The notes under the pieces were generated by a model. The model ran no database searches. It worked only from the letters and a program-made list of their open reading frames with translations, and was not told where the DNA came from. The position numbers and the translations under genes are program-made. Of a DNA stretch of 64,000 nucleotides, positions 51,702 to 63,799 are shown piece by piece. The stretch spans positions 161,016,001 to 161,080,000 of the forward strand of contig NC_058368.1 in NCBI RefSeq assembly GCF_018350175.1, read 5' to 3'. This DNA comes from Felis catus. Lineage: Eukaryota. Within the stretch, counting starts at the first letter, position 1, and the number at the start of each line of letters is the position of its first letter.

Positions 51702-53229
51702 GAAAATTTTGCTATTTTATACATTGTAAGAGTTTGGGCCATGATACATGACGAATGGGTTAAAGCAGTGTAATCACATACCAATATGGATTTTGAACTT
51801 AATTCTGCATTTTATATTGAATTATGTTTTAAAAAAAGTTCCGGAAATATATATATTTATGTATGTGTATATATGTATATATACACATATACACACACAT
51901 ATATAATAAAATGAAAATTTATATTAAACTCTTAATGGTATTTAATAATTAATAGTAAGTGGCTCTACATTGCTTTTATGTACTTTCTACTATATTCTTT
52001 ATATTTATTATATCCTTCACATGCATATGTTATCTGGATTTTTAAGCATATTTATATTATTTATAAATTTGTAATCAGAATACTGATCCAATTTTCCTTT
52101 TTTATAATACACATAAAAGAGTCTTTGCTATTTCAGTTGCTTAGAGAATTTCTTCCTGACTTTGAATGAGCTTACCATCTTTAAATTTACTTACTTTGAA
52201 TGAACTTCCTAGGAACATAATGAAGTTTTGCTTTTTAAAAACAAAGAATTTTCAGCTTTGCCCATTTTACCTTTTCCTTTACTTTTATGTTTAGTTTTGA
52301 ATTCTACTTTAAACTGCTATTATGAATTACGTTGCAGATATAAAATGAACAAATTTGTAGATAGAGAGCTGTTCAACAGCTTGTATGTAAATATAAAAGA
52401 AATTTAAATATCTTTAAACTCCGATTAGAAGAGGTCTTTAATCATCCTCAAGAAGATATCCTCTATGTATTACAGAACTGTGTAAAAGTTTAAAAACTAT
52501 GGGCCTGAAGTTACCCTTCATTGATCTGAAATAGAATTCCATGCAAAAATTACCTTTAACCATTTGGACTAGTTTGAAATGCAGGGCAGGAACCTCATCT
52601 ATGATATACCAGTACCTAAGAATATAAGCTGATGTAATGCTCAAGATAATTTTTCAATACACTTATTCTGATTTTAATTTCTGACATACTACACTTCTTA
52701 TTTTAAGAGGTTAAATCATTGTTCCGTGGTCACACACTTTGCAAGCATCAGAGCTAGGGTTTTAGAAAGTACTAGTGTGTTTGTGTATGTGTCTGAGATA
52801 GGAATTCCTTCAGGTGAATTATCAGAATAGAATTGGTGGAACATTTAAAAAAACAACAATATTTTCTAGATTTACAAAGTATGTGATCTATTATTTGGAT
52901 AACTTTCAATCATTAATTCATAATGGAATAAGATGGAAGTAAATGAGCAATTCTTTCCAGAAGACACTTCAGTACGATCAGGTCTCGTATTTTATTCCAG
53001 AAAATAGTCAGATTGTCTAAACTTTCATATAAGTCTTTAGACAAAATTCCATCAAAGAAGCTTAAACTACAGAAACACTCTTATGATAACCAACATATAG
53101 AAAACCCAACTGAGTCCCAAATCTTTCACCTTATCTACCTTTGAGGGTGTTTCTGCATTGCTAATTTATTCCAAATTTATTCCACGTCTTTGTATTGATT
53201 AGGCCAGATTGTGCTCACCTGAAATTTAA

Positions 53230-53388
53230 TACAGTGCATTTTTTTCAATGACTTTTATAAAGAACACACATATGTTCGGTCCCATACTCAAGATTCTGAT
53301 TTAGTAACTTTTAGGTAGACCCAGAAATCTAAGTTTTAACAAGCAAACCAATATTTTGAATAATTAGGACATTTGGAGAAGCACTATA
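53230..53388. mobile_element. MER5-like hAT-Charlie MITE
   Basis: 'agattctgatttagtaacttttaggtagacccagaaatctaagttttaacaagc...ttggagaagcact'. Confidence 0.6.
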
Positions 53389-53939
53389 TTAATGTAAGAC
53401 AGAAAGGGAAATAAAATATGTATAAAGTACTTGGCACTTTTTAAATTATAAGTATTTTAACCTTCAAAAAATACTGTAATTTAGATAACTCCATTTTGAA
53501 AGTAGAGAAACCAAATTTTAGATTAAATATCTTGCTCATGTTTACATACTAAATAAACAGGGGTCATTTTCCTTTCAAGCACACATATTTTGGCTTTATT
53601 ATTGTTTGTATCCCACAAGTTTGGGGAACTAAGGTAAGTATCTGTTAAGCATTACCATAACTTCAGTACTTAAGGAAATGATAACTTTATTCACCAATGT
53701 TTCAACCCTAAATCACAAGGATCTGGGGAAAGTGCTCACTGTAGATGATTTCTTCAGGGATTCTAGTTTGGATCAAACCTGAATATATCTTCCAAATTTA
53801 CAATGTGTTACTGCTAAGTTTCACACTGTATAATAAATCTATGGGAAATTTCACTTGTTTGTGAATCTAAGGTTCTACTACTGTTAAATATTATCAGATA
53901 ACAGCAAAGCATTTCAACTATTGAAAAAGAAAAAAAAGA

Positions 53940-54637
53940 TTCTAGTCCAGCATTTAAGAAACTTATAAGTGACCACTCTGTCTTAGCAACAAATAAAAGA
54001 TGAAATCAACAATTCTTAAACACATAAGAGAAATGAAGTCACAGGGCAAACTGCTACTCCCAAAACTGGAGAGACCAACCAACAAATTAAAAAATTACAA
54101 CTTACCAGAGGAGAAACCTTCTCAGGAACGAGCGTCTGGGTATGGAAACCTGAACTGTAATGGATGAGTTGCTGGAAGTTCAGGGTAGACAAGTTTGTTA
54201 GATAAAAACTGGAAGGGGACCCATTCATGAGGAAGCCCCCACACTTTTGTAAGCATCACCCCTAGAGTTCTACTGGATTCTTACAGTGATTACTGAATAA
54301 AAATCCTTTTGTGCTTCAGGCATGGAGGGGAGTGAGAACCACTTGATAAACACGGGAACATTTGGTTCTTAGTAAGCCTGTCCTCAGGAGAAACCATATA
54401 ACCAAACCTAAGCTCTGAGGGTTTACCAGAGTCTAATAGACATGGGGGAAGGGAAATAACCAACCAGCTGGTTCTACTCTTCCTTGTGGAGGAAGGGATA
54501 CACCCAGCCCAGTTAGTTCTAGCTTTCCATTGGAGGAGAAAAAATACCCAACCCAGCTGGTTCTATCCTTTCACGTGAAGGGTAAATACTCAATCCAGCT
54601 GGTCCCAGCCTTCCAGGTGGAGGAAGGGAAATTCTCA
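53940..54637 (+). mobile_element. Ancient L1M 5'UTR
   Basis: 'gagaaatgaagtcacagggcaaactgctactcccaaaactggagagac...ggaaacctgaactgtaatggatgagttgctgg'. Confidence 0.55.
54443..54637 (+). repeat. ~44 bp degenerate tandem repeat, about 4.5 units
   Basis: Unit approx. tggaggaagggaaatacccaacccagctggttctagccttccacg. Confidence 0.85.
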
Positions 54638-55059
54638 CTGTCATGCTGCAAATTGGCAAATCATGAATAATCCCTCAAAACCCCAGATAATCTACCATCA
54701 GACCCTAGTAAAGGCAAAGCCAAGGGTCCTCTCCTCTCTCTTCCCACAATCTCACTCTGACTTCTTCATGCCCTCACTTGAGCATGCCATGCACCCTGCA
54801 GAAACTATGAATAATAATTCTTGTTCCCTGATGTTCCCTGATATTTTTGCTGAAGAGCATTCTGTGATCATAATAGAAGCCAGAAGAGCAGATTCATTCA
54901 CTACATTGGCTCCAGTGGGGGACATGTCTGTGCAGCTCCCTATCAGTTATAGGAGTCCAGCCAAGTGCCTCAGGCATTTCTAGCTGAGAACATCACCATC
55001 AATAAAATGGGACCAACACAATAAACAGATAAAAGTTTGTTCAAAATAATAAAAGCAGC

Positions 55060-55970
55060 ATTGTTACTACATTTGATAGGTAACCTTTTGTAGGCATATG
55101 TATAAGTGAAATGTATGACAACAATCATTCAAAGAACAAAAAGGAAGAATTAGGATTATTTTGTTATTATAAAGTACCCTTATACCCATGAAGCAGTATA
55201 GTGTTATTTGAACGTGGAATTGAATTAGTTGTAAATGTGTATTACAAACTGTAGGGCAGTCAATAAAAAAGTAATAAGAAAAGTATATGAAAGGAAAAAA
55301 ATGGTATAATATAAAACATTCAGTTAAAACCATGAAAGGCAGAAAAAGAGTAGAAGACTAAATAGGAACAAAAAACAAGGACAACAAATAGAAAACAGTA
55401 ATGGTAGGGGGCCCTAGGGTGGCTCAGTTGGTTAAGCATCTGACTTCATCTCGGGTCATGAGCTCACGATTTGTGAGATCTAGCCTGGGGTCGGACTCTT
55501 CTGTCCTGACAGTGAGGAGCCTGCTTGGGATTCTGTCTCACCCTCTCTCTCTACCCCTCCCCTCCTCTCAAAATAAATAAATGAAAATTAAAAAAATAGA
55601 AAGCATTAATTGTTGATATTAATCCAACTACATAAATAATAATTTTTAATATGGTCTAAATGCACTAATTAAAAGACAGGAGTTATCAGTGTGGATAAAC
55701 AGACCCAATTGTATGTTGTCTACAAAACACCTACTTTAAATATAAAGAAAAATATAGATTAAAAATAAGTGGATGGAGGAAAACCAATTAGGATAACATG
55801 AACCAAATGTAAGTGGGAGTGCCTGTGTTATTTTCAAACAAAGCAGAATTCAAAATAATGCAAGTTATCAGGAGCATTATGTAAAGAGTGATATGTATAA
55901 TGATAAAGGAGAAAATTCTCTGGAAGATAGAACAATTCTTAATGTGTGGGCACCTAACAACAGAGCATCA
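55060..55970 (+). mobile_element. Ancient L1M inter-ORF region and start of the ORF2 endonuclease
   Basis: 'atggtctaaatgcactaattaaaagacagg...gacccaattgtatgttgtctacaaaac...aatgtgtgggcacctaacaacagagc'. Confidence 0.75.
55407..55593 (+). mobile_element. CAN-SINE
   Basis: TSD aaatagaaaacagtaatggt / aaatagaaagcattaattgt. Confidence 0.93.
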
Positions 55971-55971
55971 G

Positions 55972-56810
55972 CAGATTGACTAATTTACAAAAAGGGACTA
56001 TAATACTTCTCTGTGTATTTTGGCTGCCTTCTTTAAGGACCCTTTCATAGAACAATGTGCTATCATTTTCTGCAGAAAGAATGTGATAATTCTGTTTTTC
56101 TTCTAGGGTGATTGATTCAAACTTGTTATTTTTTTATATTACTGATAGTTTAGTAAATTTCCTTGTAGGTTAAAAATTATTATAGTAATATGATATAAAT
56201 CCTTGAGGGAAAGCCTCTATCAATTTCCTTTCACATATAAGCTATATAAGGTTTTTAAGAATTTTCCACACATAAGCCTCTGGGTCTGTACATCTTGTTT
56301 CTTCTCTGTTAACCACTTTCTTCTCAGTGCTAACTGTCATAGGATATGACCATTTAGCAATAAATCTCTGGCTCTGTATTTTGGGTGATGACACAGGGTA
56401 AATCAGGAAGTTCATAACAGGAGTACTCTTAGAAGCCATTCACACACCAAGATGACTAGAAAAGTATCTCAACCAGAATTTACCATGACATGAAGATTTT
56501 TCTCTGGATCTCATAGTGTCTAGATTAAGCATAGATTTATCAGTTAAACTTCCTCTTAGCCATTATCTTTCAAATCCCTGCAGCTACGCCAATGACACCT
56601 ACCACAAAGTAAAGGAGTTGCAGGGGGAATTGGCATGGAAAGGGACAATGGTCTTAACCAATTACAGTTAAAATATCTTGCTTTTGCCATTTAAAAAAAA
56701 AAAAAAAACTCCTGACTATATGAACAACATCTCCTCATAAGGCTTTAGATGGGCTCATGCAAGTGAGGTGTCCTAAAGACTTACTACTCTGATGCAAAAT
56801 CCATGATCTG
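55972..56810 (-). mobile_element. hAT-Tip100 (Zaphod/MER115-like) DNA transposon remnant
   Basis: Minus strand begins like MER115 ('cctcacttgcatgagccc...gcaaaagcaagatattttaactgtaattggttaagacc') and encodes a degenerate hATC-like RKFTKLSVI*KNNKFESITLEE...ILSAEND. Confidence 0.65.
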
Positions 56811-56827
56811 GAGCCAAATATTATTTT

Positions 56828-57030
56828 TTTTGGAGGGAGTCAGATTTTTTGCAAGTTTTTATATAAATTTTAGTTAGCTAACATACAGTGTAATATTAGT
56901 TTCAGGTGTACAATTTACTGATTCAACACTTCCACGTGACATCCAGTGCACGTCGCAAACACACTCCTCAATCCCTATCACCTATTTAACTCATCCCTCC
57001 ACACTCCTCCCCTCTGGTAACCATCAGTTT
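56828..57030 (-). mobile_element. Short carnivoran L1 3'UTR insertion
   Basis: TSD gccaaatattatttt (56813-56827) / gccaaatactatttt (57031-57045). Confidence 0.88.
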
Positions 57031-57761
57031 GCCAAATACTATTTTAATATCCATATCTATATCTATATTTATATCTTTATCTATTTAATTTATTGAGATA
57101 TAATTATCTCAATAATTACAAAATTATCAACTTAATATTTGCAACAATAAAGATCACAAAAAAGTTCCCAGTACTAAATTAACCAATTTTTAATCACTAA
57201 AAATAGCTAATTTAGAAAATAAGTCTAATTCTAAAATTTGGACATTTTAGAATTACACTGGTGAGAATCAACAAAATTAAAATTAATTGTCCAATTCAAA
57301 TTTTAATGTCAGAATCAGAGAGAACAGTACACAGAATCAAATTTTAATGATATTATTTATTCTTACCTTTGAGTTTCTTCTAATTTCCCTTACAGGCTTG
57401 TCTCAGCTAGATGGCTTCCCACTTTTCTCTGATGTGTTCTTTAACCCTTATCATTCTGCTAAGTACATAAGCTTACTGCCTTCTCATGATTCACACACTT
57501 AGCCTTTTGGAAGATTAAAACCATTGAGATGATTTGTTGGTGTGTTGATTGAATTTGTAATGCCAAAATACTTCATACTTGCTGTTCCTAGGTCAGAATA
57601 CCAACACTCCCCCTTAAGCTTTTGAATCAAAAGGGGGAAAGTGATAGTAGAAACAGATATATCCCAAAGCAAAAATAAATCAAACCAGAAATCTTCCCAA
57701 AGAAAAAGGCATGCACTTACATTGAATAATCAAAGCAAATTATAAGAAAACAGTATCATCA

Positions 57762-57763
57762 CT

Positions 57764-57801
<38 letters not shown>

Positions 57802-58245
57802 ATAGAATATTACTTAGCTACAAAAATATAATGAAATCTTGCCATTTGTGACAACATAGCGAAACCTAAAGGGTATTATACTATGTGAAATAAGTCAGCT
57901 AGAGAAAGACAAAACCCAAATGGTAACAAAACAAATGAACAAACAAAACAGAAATAGAAACAGAAACAGACTCATATATAGAAAAAATAAATTGCTAGTT
58001 ACCAGAGCAGGTAAAATAGTTGAAGTTAAGGGGCACAAACTTACTATTATAAAATAAATAATAGGGATGTGATGTACAGCATAGGGGATAAAGTCAATAA
58101 TGTTGTGATAACTTTGTATGGATACAGATGGTATCTAGACTTGCCATGAGGAAGATTTCATAATTTATGAAAACATCAAATCACTGTAATGTATACCTGA
58201 AACTAATAGAATATTGTATGTCAATTATACTTTGATTAAAAAAAA
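57762..58245 (+). mobile_element. L1 3' end (L1MA9/L1_Carn-like) with (TA)n at 57768-57799
   Basis: 'aatgaaatcttgccatttgtgacaaca...gtatacctgaaactaatagaatattgtatgtcaattatac' plus A-tail. Confidence 0.88.
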
Positions 58246-59220
58246 TCCTCTCCTTGTAAAAACATAGAGAAAATTCTTCTCAAGGAAGCAGAATACTTAA
58301 TCCTATAATACTGTGCAAGCATGTTTTTATAGCACATTGCTAAATCTATTCATGAGAATGTAGTACAGGTCAATCTTGATTAAATATAGAAATCATCTGA
58401 CAAAAGCAGTAAATCAATTAAAATAAAGATAGCTAACATTAGAATAATTATGAATTGGTTTCATGCTTCAAAAGACAGCATACAGAAAATATCCAATTTG
58501 ATTACATCTATAAAACCTTCATTTCCATCAGCTGAATGTTTTTGTGAAAACACTAAAATCCGATCATTTTGTGCACACTAGTACTTAGCGTGATCATTTG
58601 TGTAAGTCGTAACATGGTGTTTTTCATGTCATTTGCATTCATACAATAACTTTGCATATAATTACTTATTTTGATCAAAGGTTTCCAACTGTTAACTATG
58701 TTATAATAACCAGAATGCATGTGCTTAGCTATCACCTCTACTAAATTAAGCCTGTTGGCTTCTTCTGATTGTTCTTTGGAGGTCATAATTCCTAATGTCT
58801 CTGAATAACCAGTTAAAATTATATTTTCTGTTTGTATGTTTGTCAGAAAGGATAGATTGATGCAGCATGGATTAGTCAGGACCCACAGGAGTCCTGTTAC
58901 TTGAAGAGCCATAATATGACTTTCAAGCAGTTGTGGCTTTTGAGTAGTGACTGAGCAGGTATAGACATCACAAATGATACTAGGAGTTACTGGTTATACA
59001 ACAGTGCTTTACAAGGTTCTTGTAGCTATACTCATTCATATTTTGAAAATGTATATGCATTTACTAAGTAAAAATCAGAGCACACTGGATTTATGTGATG
59101 TCACAGGAATTCAGTGAATAAACGTTTTGGTAATAAAATTTCAAAAAAGGAGGGTTAAACAAAGTCATATAAATAAATTGACCACTGTTCAGAGTCAATA
59201 CATGAAAATAACCTTAAATC

Positions 59221-59731
59221 TGTATTAGTCAGGGTTCTGCAGAGAGACACAACCACATAAAATTGTGTGCATTTTTTGTACACACACGCACATACACTAA
59301 TATACATACATATATATGTACAAATATATATATGTACACATTATATATACACAATATACACAGAGAAAGAGAGAGAGAGACATTTATTATAAGAGATTGG
59401 CTCACATGTTTATGGAGACTGGCAAATTCACATCTGAAGTGTGGTCTGGCAGGCTTGGGATCCAAGACAGCCGATAGTGCAGATGAAATCTAAAGGCAGT
59501 CAAGTGGAGAATTCTTGGGGAGGGTCATTCTTTTTGTTCTGTTCAGGCTTTCAACTTATTGGATGAGGTCCATTCACATTATAAGGGTGATCTGCTTTAC
59601 ATTACCAACTAAAATGTTACTCAGTTAATCTAATCCAAAAATACCCTTGCACAAACTCCCAGAATAATGTATGACCAAGTATCAGCACACCAATGGTCGA
59701 GTCACGTTAGCACATAAAATTAACAATCATG
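59221..59731 (-). mobile_element. ERVL LTR (MLT2B/D-like)
   Basis: 'tgtattagtcagggttctgcagagag...ttggctcacatgtttatggagactggc...cacataaaattaacaatca'. Confidence 0.88.
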
Positions 59732-59735
59732 ATCT

Positions 59736-59971
59736 GGGGCACCTGAGTGGCTGAGTCGGTTAAGCATACAGATTCAGCTCAGGTTGTGATCTCACCATTC
59801 GTGAGTTTGAGCCCCACGTCAGGCCCTGTGCTGACAGCTCGGAACCTGGAGTCTGCTTCAGATTCTGTGTCTCCCTCTCTTTCAGCCCCTCACCTGCTCA
59901 CACACTGTCTCTCTTTCTCTCTCTCAAAAATAAATAAAAACTTAAAGAATGTTTTAAAAATAAAAATAAAA
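59736..59971 (+). mobile_element. CAN-SINE inserted at the MLT2 terminus
   Basis: TSD aaaattaacaatcatgatct / acaattaatcatcataatct. Confidence 0.95.
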
Positions 59972-60053
59972 ACAATTAATCATCATAATCTACTGAAGAG
60001 AGATAAAAAATGCCCTGTTTCCCAGGCTTGTTGGGCTAAAGAAATCTTTCTTT

Positions 60054-60294
60054 CTTTCTTTTATTAAATTTTTTAAATTAATTTTTAAAATTTTAATGCT
60101 TATTTTTGAGAGTAAAAGAGAGACAGAGCACAAGTGGGGAGGGGTAGAGAGAGAGAGGGAGTCACAGGAACTGAAGCAGACTCCAGGTTCTGAGCTGTCA
60201 GCACAGAACCCAATATGGGACTCAAACCCACAAACAGAGATCATGACCTGAGCTGAAGTCGGACACTTACCCAACTGAGCCACCCAGGAGCCCC
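60054..60294 (-). mobile_element. CAN-SINE
   Basis: Perfect TSD aagaaatctttcttt (60039-60053 / 60295-60309). Confidence 0.96.
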
Positions 60295-60394
60295 AAGAAA
60301 TCTTTCTTTAAATCAGCATACCATGATACATCGACTTCCCAAAATACAAATATTTGTACGATACATTTACCTGGTTTGGGCTGAGTGTATAGAC

Positions 60395-60625
60395 TACATA
60401 TATGCCCCTAGGGCTACTATAACCAGCTGTTCACTTAAAACACCAGACATATATTCTCACAGTTCCAGAGGCTAGAATTTCAAATTTAAGGTGTCAGCAG
60501 ATCTGTGCTCACTGTAAGACTCTCACTTCTTGCTTCTTCCTGGTTTTCTGCAGTAGCCATAGATTCCTAGCATTTCTTAGTTTGTAGCTGTATCACTCCA
60601 ATTTCTGCCTCTGTCATTATGCATT
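60395..60625 (-). mobile_element. MaLR LTR fragment (MLT1C-like)
   Basis: 'tattctcacagttccagaggctagaatttcaaatttaaggtgtcagcag...atcactccaatttctgcctctgtc'. Confidence 0.7.
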
Positions 60626-60847
60626 GTGGTGACATCCATCTGCAGGCAGAAAAAAAATGTCAAATTATGAGATATCTATAAAATATCTATATATGTACTT
60701 TGAAAGCTTTTGAAAAAATGAGTGATTGGTCCTTCTTTTTGGGACCCAGTGGGCCTCATTGGTCCCTCAGTATTCAGCATGAGTATTATGTAAAGGAACT
60801 ATGCTAGGTGTTTTCTTTATAAACAGCATTATGACCTATTTCCTTCT

Positions 60848-61054
60848 CAAATGTTTTTTAATGTTTATTTATTTCAGAGGGAGAGACAGGGTGTGGGTGG
60901 GGGAGGGGCAAAGAGAGAGGGAGACACGGAATCTGAAGTAGGCTCCAGGCTCCAAGCTGTCAGCACAGAGCCTGACGCAGGGCTCAAAGGCACCAATGCA
61001 AGATCATGACCTGAGCCGAAGTCACTCAACCGACTGAGCCACATAGGTGATCCC
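60848..61054 (-). mobile_element. CAN-SINE
   Basis: TSD gacctatttccttct / gacatatttccttct. Confidence 0.95.
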
Positions 61055-61258
61055 GACATATTTCCTTCTTCTTAGGAGCTCTCATTCTAGTGAAGAAGAT
61101 ATATCAAATAAAAAATATAATGTGAATACTATCATCATACAATGAGATACAAACTTCATTGGTCTACAGAGATACTGCACAATGAAGCTATCTGGCCTGA
61201 GCCAGGAAGGAGGAACCACTTGATTGCAGTTGGAAGGGGAGGCAAGAGTGAGAAAAAG

Positions 61259-61260
<2 letters not shown>

Positions 61261-61303
<43 letters not shown>
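61261..61303. repeat. (GT)n microsatellite
   Basis: Direct dinucleotide run. Confidence 0.97.
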
Positions 61304-61304
<1 letters not shown>

Positions 61305-61937
61305 TGGGGGTGGGGGACAGTGTCTGCTAGTGGCAACAAGGATAGTGACACATAAATGTGGTGTTTGTTTTTGTTCCTAATAGCATTCTGAAAACAAGTT
61401 TACAGAATTTGATTGGATCACTTTTAAAACCTGATAGCTTTTTACTCAAACTTGTTCTCATCAGGAAGTAAAGGTCAATCTGTTCGTGAAAACAAGAATT
61501 CAATCTACTCATTTTGTGCTATTGGATAAAAATAAATAAATGGACCATTAGGAAACAGTAAAACAGGTAATATGCACGTCACTACTTACATAAGAATTTA
61601 AAAAATAACTTCAATAAATTTGGGAAAGAATGACTTAGTACAATCTTCACAGAACAGTGACATTTTCATATTCCAGCCAATTAAAGAAGGGCAAAACAGA
61701 GTTGCTAGATGCCTCACAGGCCTGATTACAAGTAGCCAGAAGTCACAGTTAGATTGTATATTCTGAGAAGTCCCCAAACCACAAATGAAATGTTACAACA
61801 CAATTATTTTAAATACTTTACAAAGCTTGTAAAAACCATCAAGAATATTCAACATTTTAAAATATAAATGAAATAAAACAAATGTAAATGAAAAATAGAA
61901 TACAAAATAATTTATAACGATCAGAGTAATAATTTTA

Positions 61938-62146
61938 TTTTTTTCAAGTTTATTTTGAGAGAGAGAGAGAGAGAAAGAGAGACAGTAAGTAGGGAAGGGC
62001 AGAGAGGAAGAGAGAGAGAATATCAAGTAGGCTAATTTATCAGTGTAGAGCCTGATGAGGGGCTAGAACCCACTAACCATGAGATCATGACCAGAGCCAA
62101 AATCTAGGGTTGGACTGTCAACCAATTGAGCCACCCATATGTCCCC
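61938..62146 (-). mobile_element. CAN-SINE
   Basis: Perfect TSD agagtaataatttta (61923-61937 / 62147-62161). Confidence 0.94.
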
Positions 62147-62499
62147 AGAGTAATAATTTTAGAATCAAAGGATATATACAAATGTCCACATCAGGGATTT
62201 TAAGCATTGGACACCAATGGCCAGGCAAAGAATGGGAGAAGAGGGTTCAATAATCTGGGAGTTAAAATGGAGACTGGCATAAACTGGGATCCTGAGTTTG
62301 AATTATCAATGACAAGGTGATCTAGATAAGTTTCTCCTGCCAGCAAAGGAAGCCCACAGATACACATCTTTGTCTGCTTTAGATCTAGTGGAAAAACTTA
62401 CCCATTTAACAACTATTCAATGTCTACTATGTGACATGCAATTTTTTCTAAGTGTTTAAGATACATTACTGACCCCTCAAAACAGACTAAGATTTCTGT

Positions 62500-63000
62500 C
62501 ATCGTGGTAACGAGGTCCTGAAAGGGACAGAAAAGGTACTACATGGTATAATGTACCTGGATTCCTTCTCTTTGGGACTCAGATACTCTTTCTGCCAGGA
62601 GTGTTGCCTGCTGGTTGCCAACTGTTTGAACCTGCTGTAGCAACTGCTCTTGGTCAAAAGTAATTGTTTTGGCCAAGCATGTCCTTCCCCTTGAGGCATC
62701 CTGCATCTAATGACAGGTATTATAGGAATACAAAGGTTCAGCTTCCTGGCCTCAGATGGAAGAAAACTGAAGGAAGGTCTCTGTTTAACATCTCATAAAA
62801 TCACCTGAAGACTTTGTTGGAATTCCATAAACATTGAATTCCTGTTTTTCCCTAATTTTTCTTTTATCTCTCCTTTATAAGTGTTGTTGGTTCCCAATAA
62901 ACTTACTGCCCAGAAATCTCCATCTCAAAGCTTCTACCTTAGGAAAGCAGACCTAAGACTGTTGGTGCCAGGATTAATAAAGAAAGATGACTCTAAATTA
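62500..63000 (+). mobile_element. ERVL LTR16-like 5' LTR followed by the start of the internal region
   Basis: 'cccaataaacttactgcccagaaatctccatctcaaagc...gacctaagac' followed by 'gttggtgccagga'. Confidence 0.6.
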
Positions 63001-63014
63001 AATTCTTGTTGTTT

Positions 63015-63178
63015 GGGGCATGTGGGTGGCTCAGATGGTTAAGTGTCTAAATTCGGCTCAGGTCATGATCTCACAGCTTGTGGGTTGGAACCCTGCATGG
63101 GCTCTGTGCTGACAGCTCAGAGCCTGGAGCCTGCATTGGATTCTGTGTCTCCCTCCCTCTGCCCCTTCCCCACTCATA

Positions 63179-63209
<31 letters not shown>

Positions 63210-63237
63210 AAGAATAAATAAACATTAAAATTAATTT
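63015..63237 (+). mobile_element. CAN-SINE
   Basis: SINE head and tail; TSD core ttgttgtttg. Confidence 0.94.
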
Positions 63238-63503
63238 AAGGTTTGTTGTTTGATCAACCTGCCAACCAGATGGCAATGTGGAGCTTTATGGTTTGTAAGT
63301 TTGTAAGATACATACATATATACATACTCACTACTGGGTTAAGTATCATATCATGACTATGGGATGTATATAATAAAGATAACTATTTTAAAAATTATAT
63401 GTAGAGAGAAGATTGACAGGAAATATTATAAAATATTGGTTTCATTTCATTTGAATGAGATATAATTTCTCTTATTTCCATTCATTTTCCATTCTTTATT
63501 TTT

Positions 63504-63724
63504 AATTTTTTTTTATATTTATTTTTGAGAGAGAGGGAGAGAGAGAGAGAGAAAGAGCATGAGCAGGGTAGGAGCAGAGTGAGAGAGGGACACAGATTCC
63601 AAAGCAGTCTCCAGGCTCTGAGCTGTCAGCACAGAGCCTGACACGGGGCTCGAACTCACAAGCTGTGAAGTCATGACCTGAGCCAAAGTCAGATGTTCAA
63701 CCAACTGAGCCACCCAGGCGCCCC
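63504..63724 (-). mobile_element. CAN-SINE
   Basis: Perfect TSD tccattctttattttt (63488-63503 / 63725-63740). Confidence 0.96.
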
Positions 63725-63799
63725 TCCATTCTTTATTTTTTAATCAGAAAATACATAAACTAAACTAATAAATTGAACAAAATATTAAAATTCAAGCTT

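Noticed and set aside
54443..54637. CRISPR-like array
   Set aside because: Contiguous degenerate units without unique spacers, no cas genes, mammalian context
9589..63713. Recurrent peptides such as [17 protein letters not shown]...LEPASDSVSPSL suggesting a gene family
   Set aside because: All are translations of CAN-SINE copies
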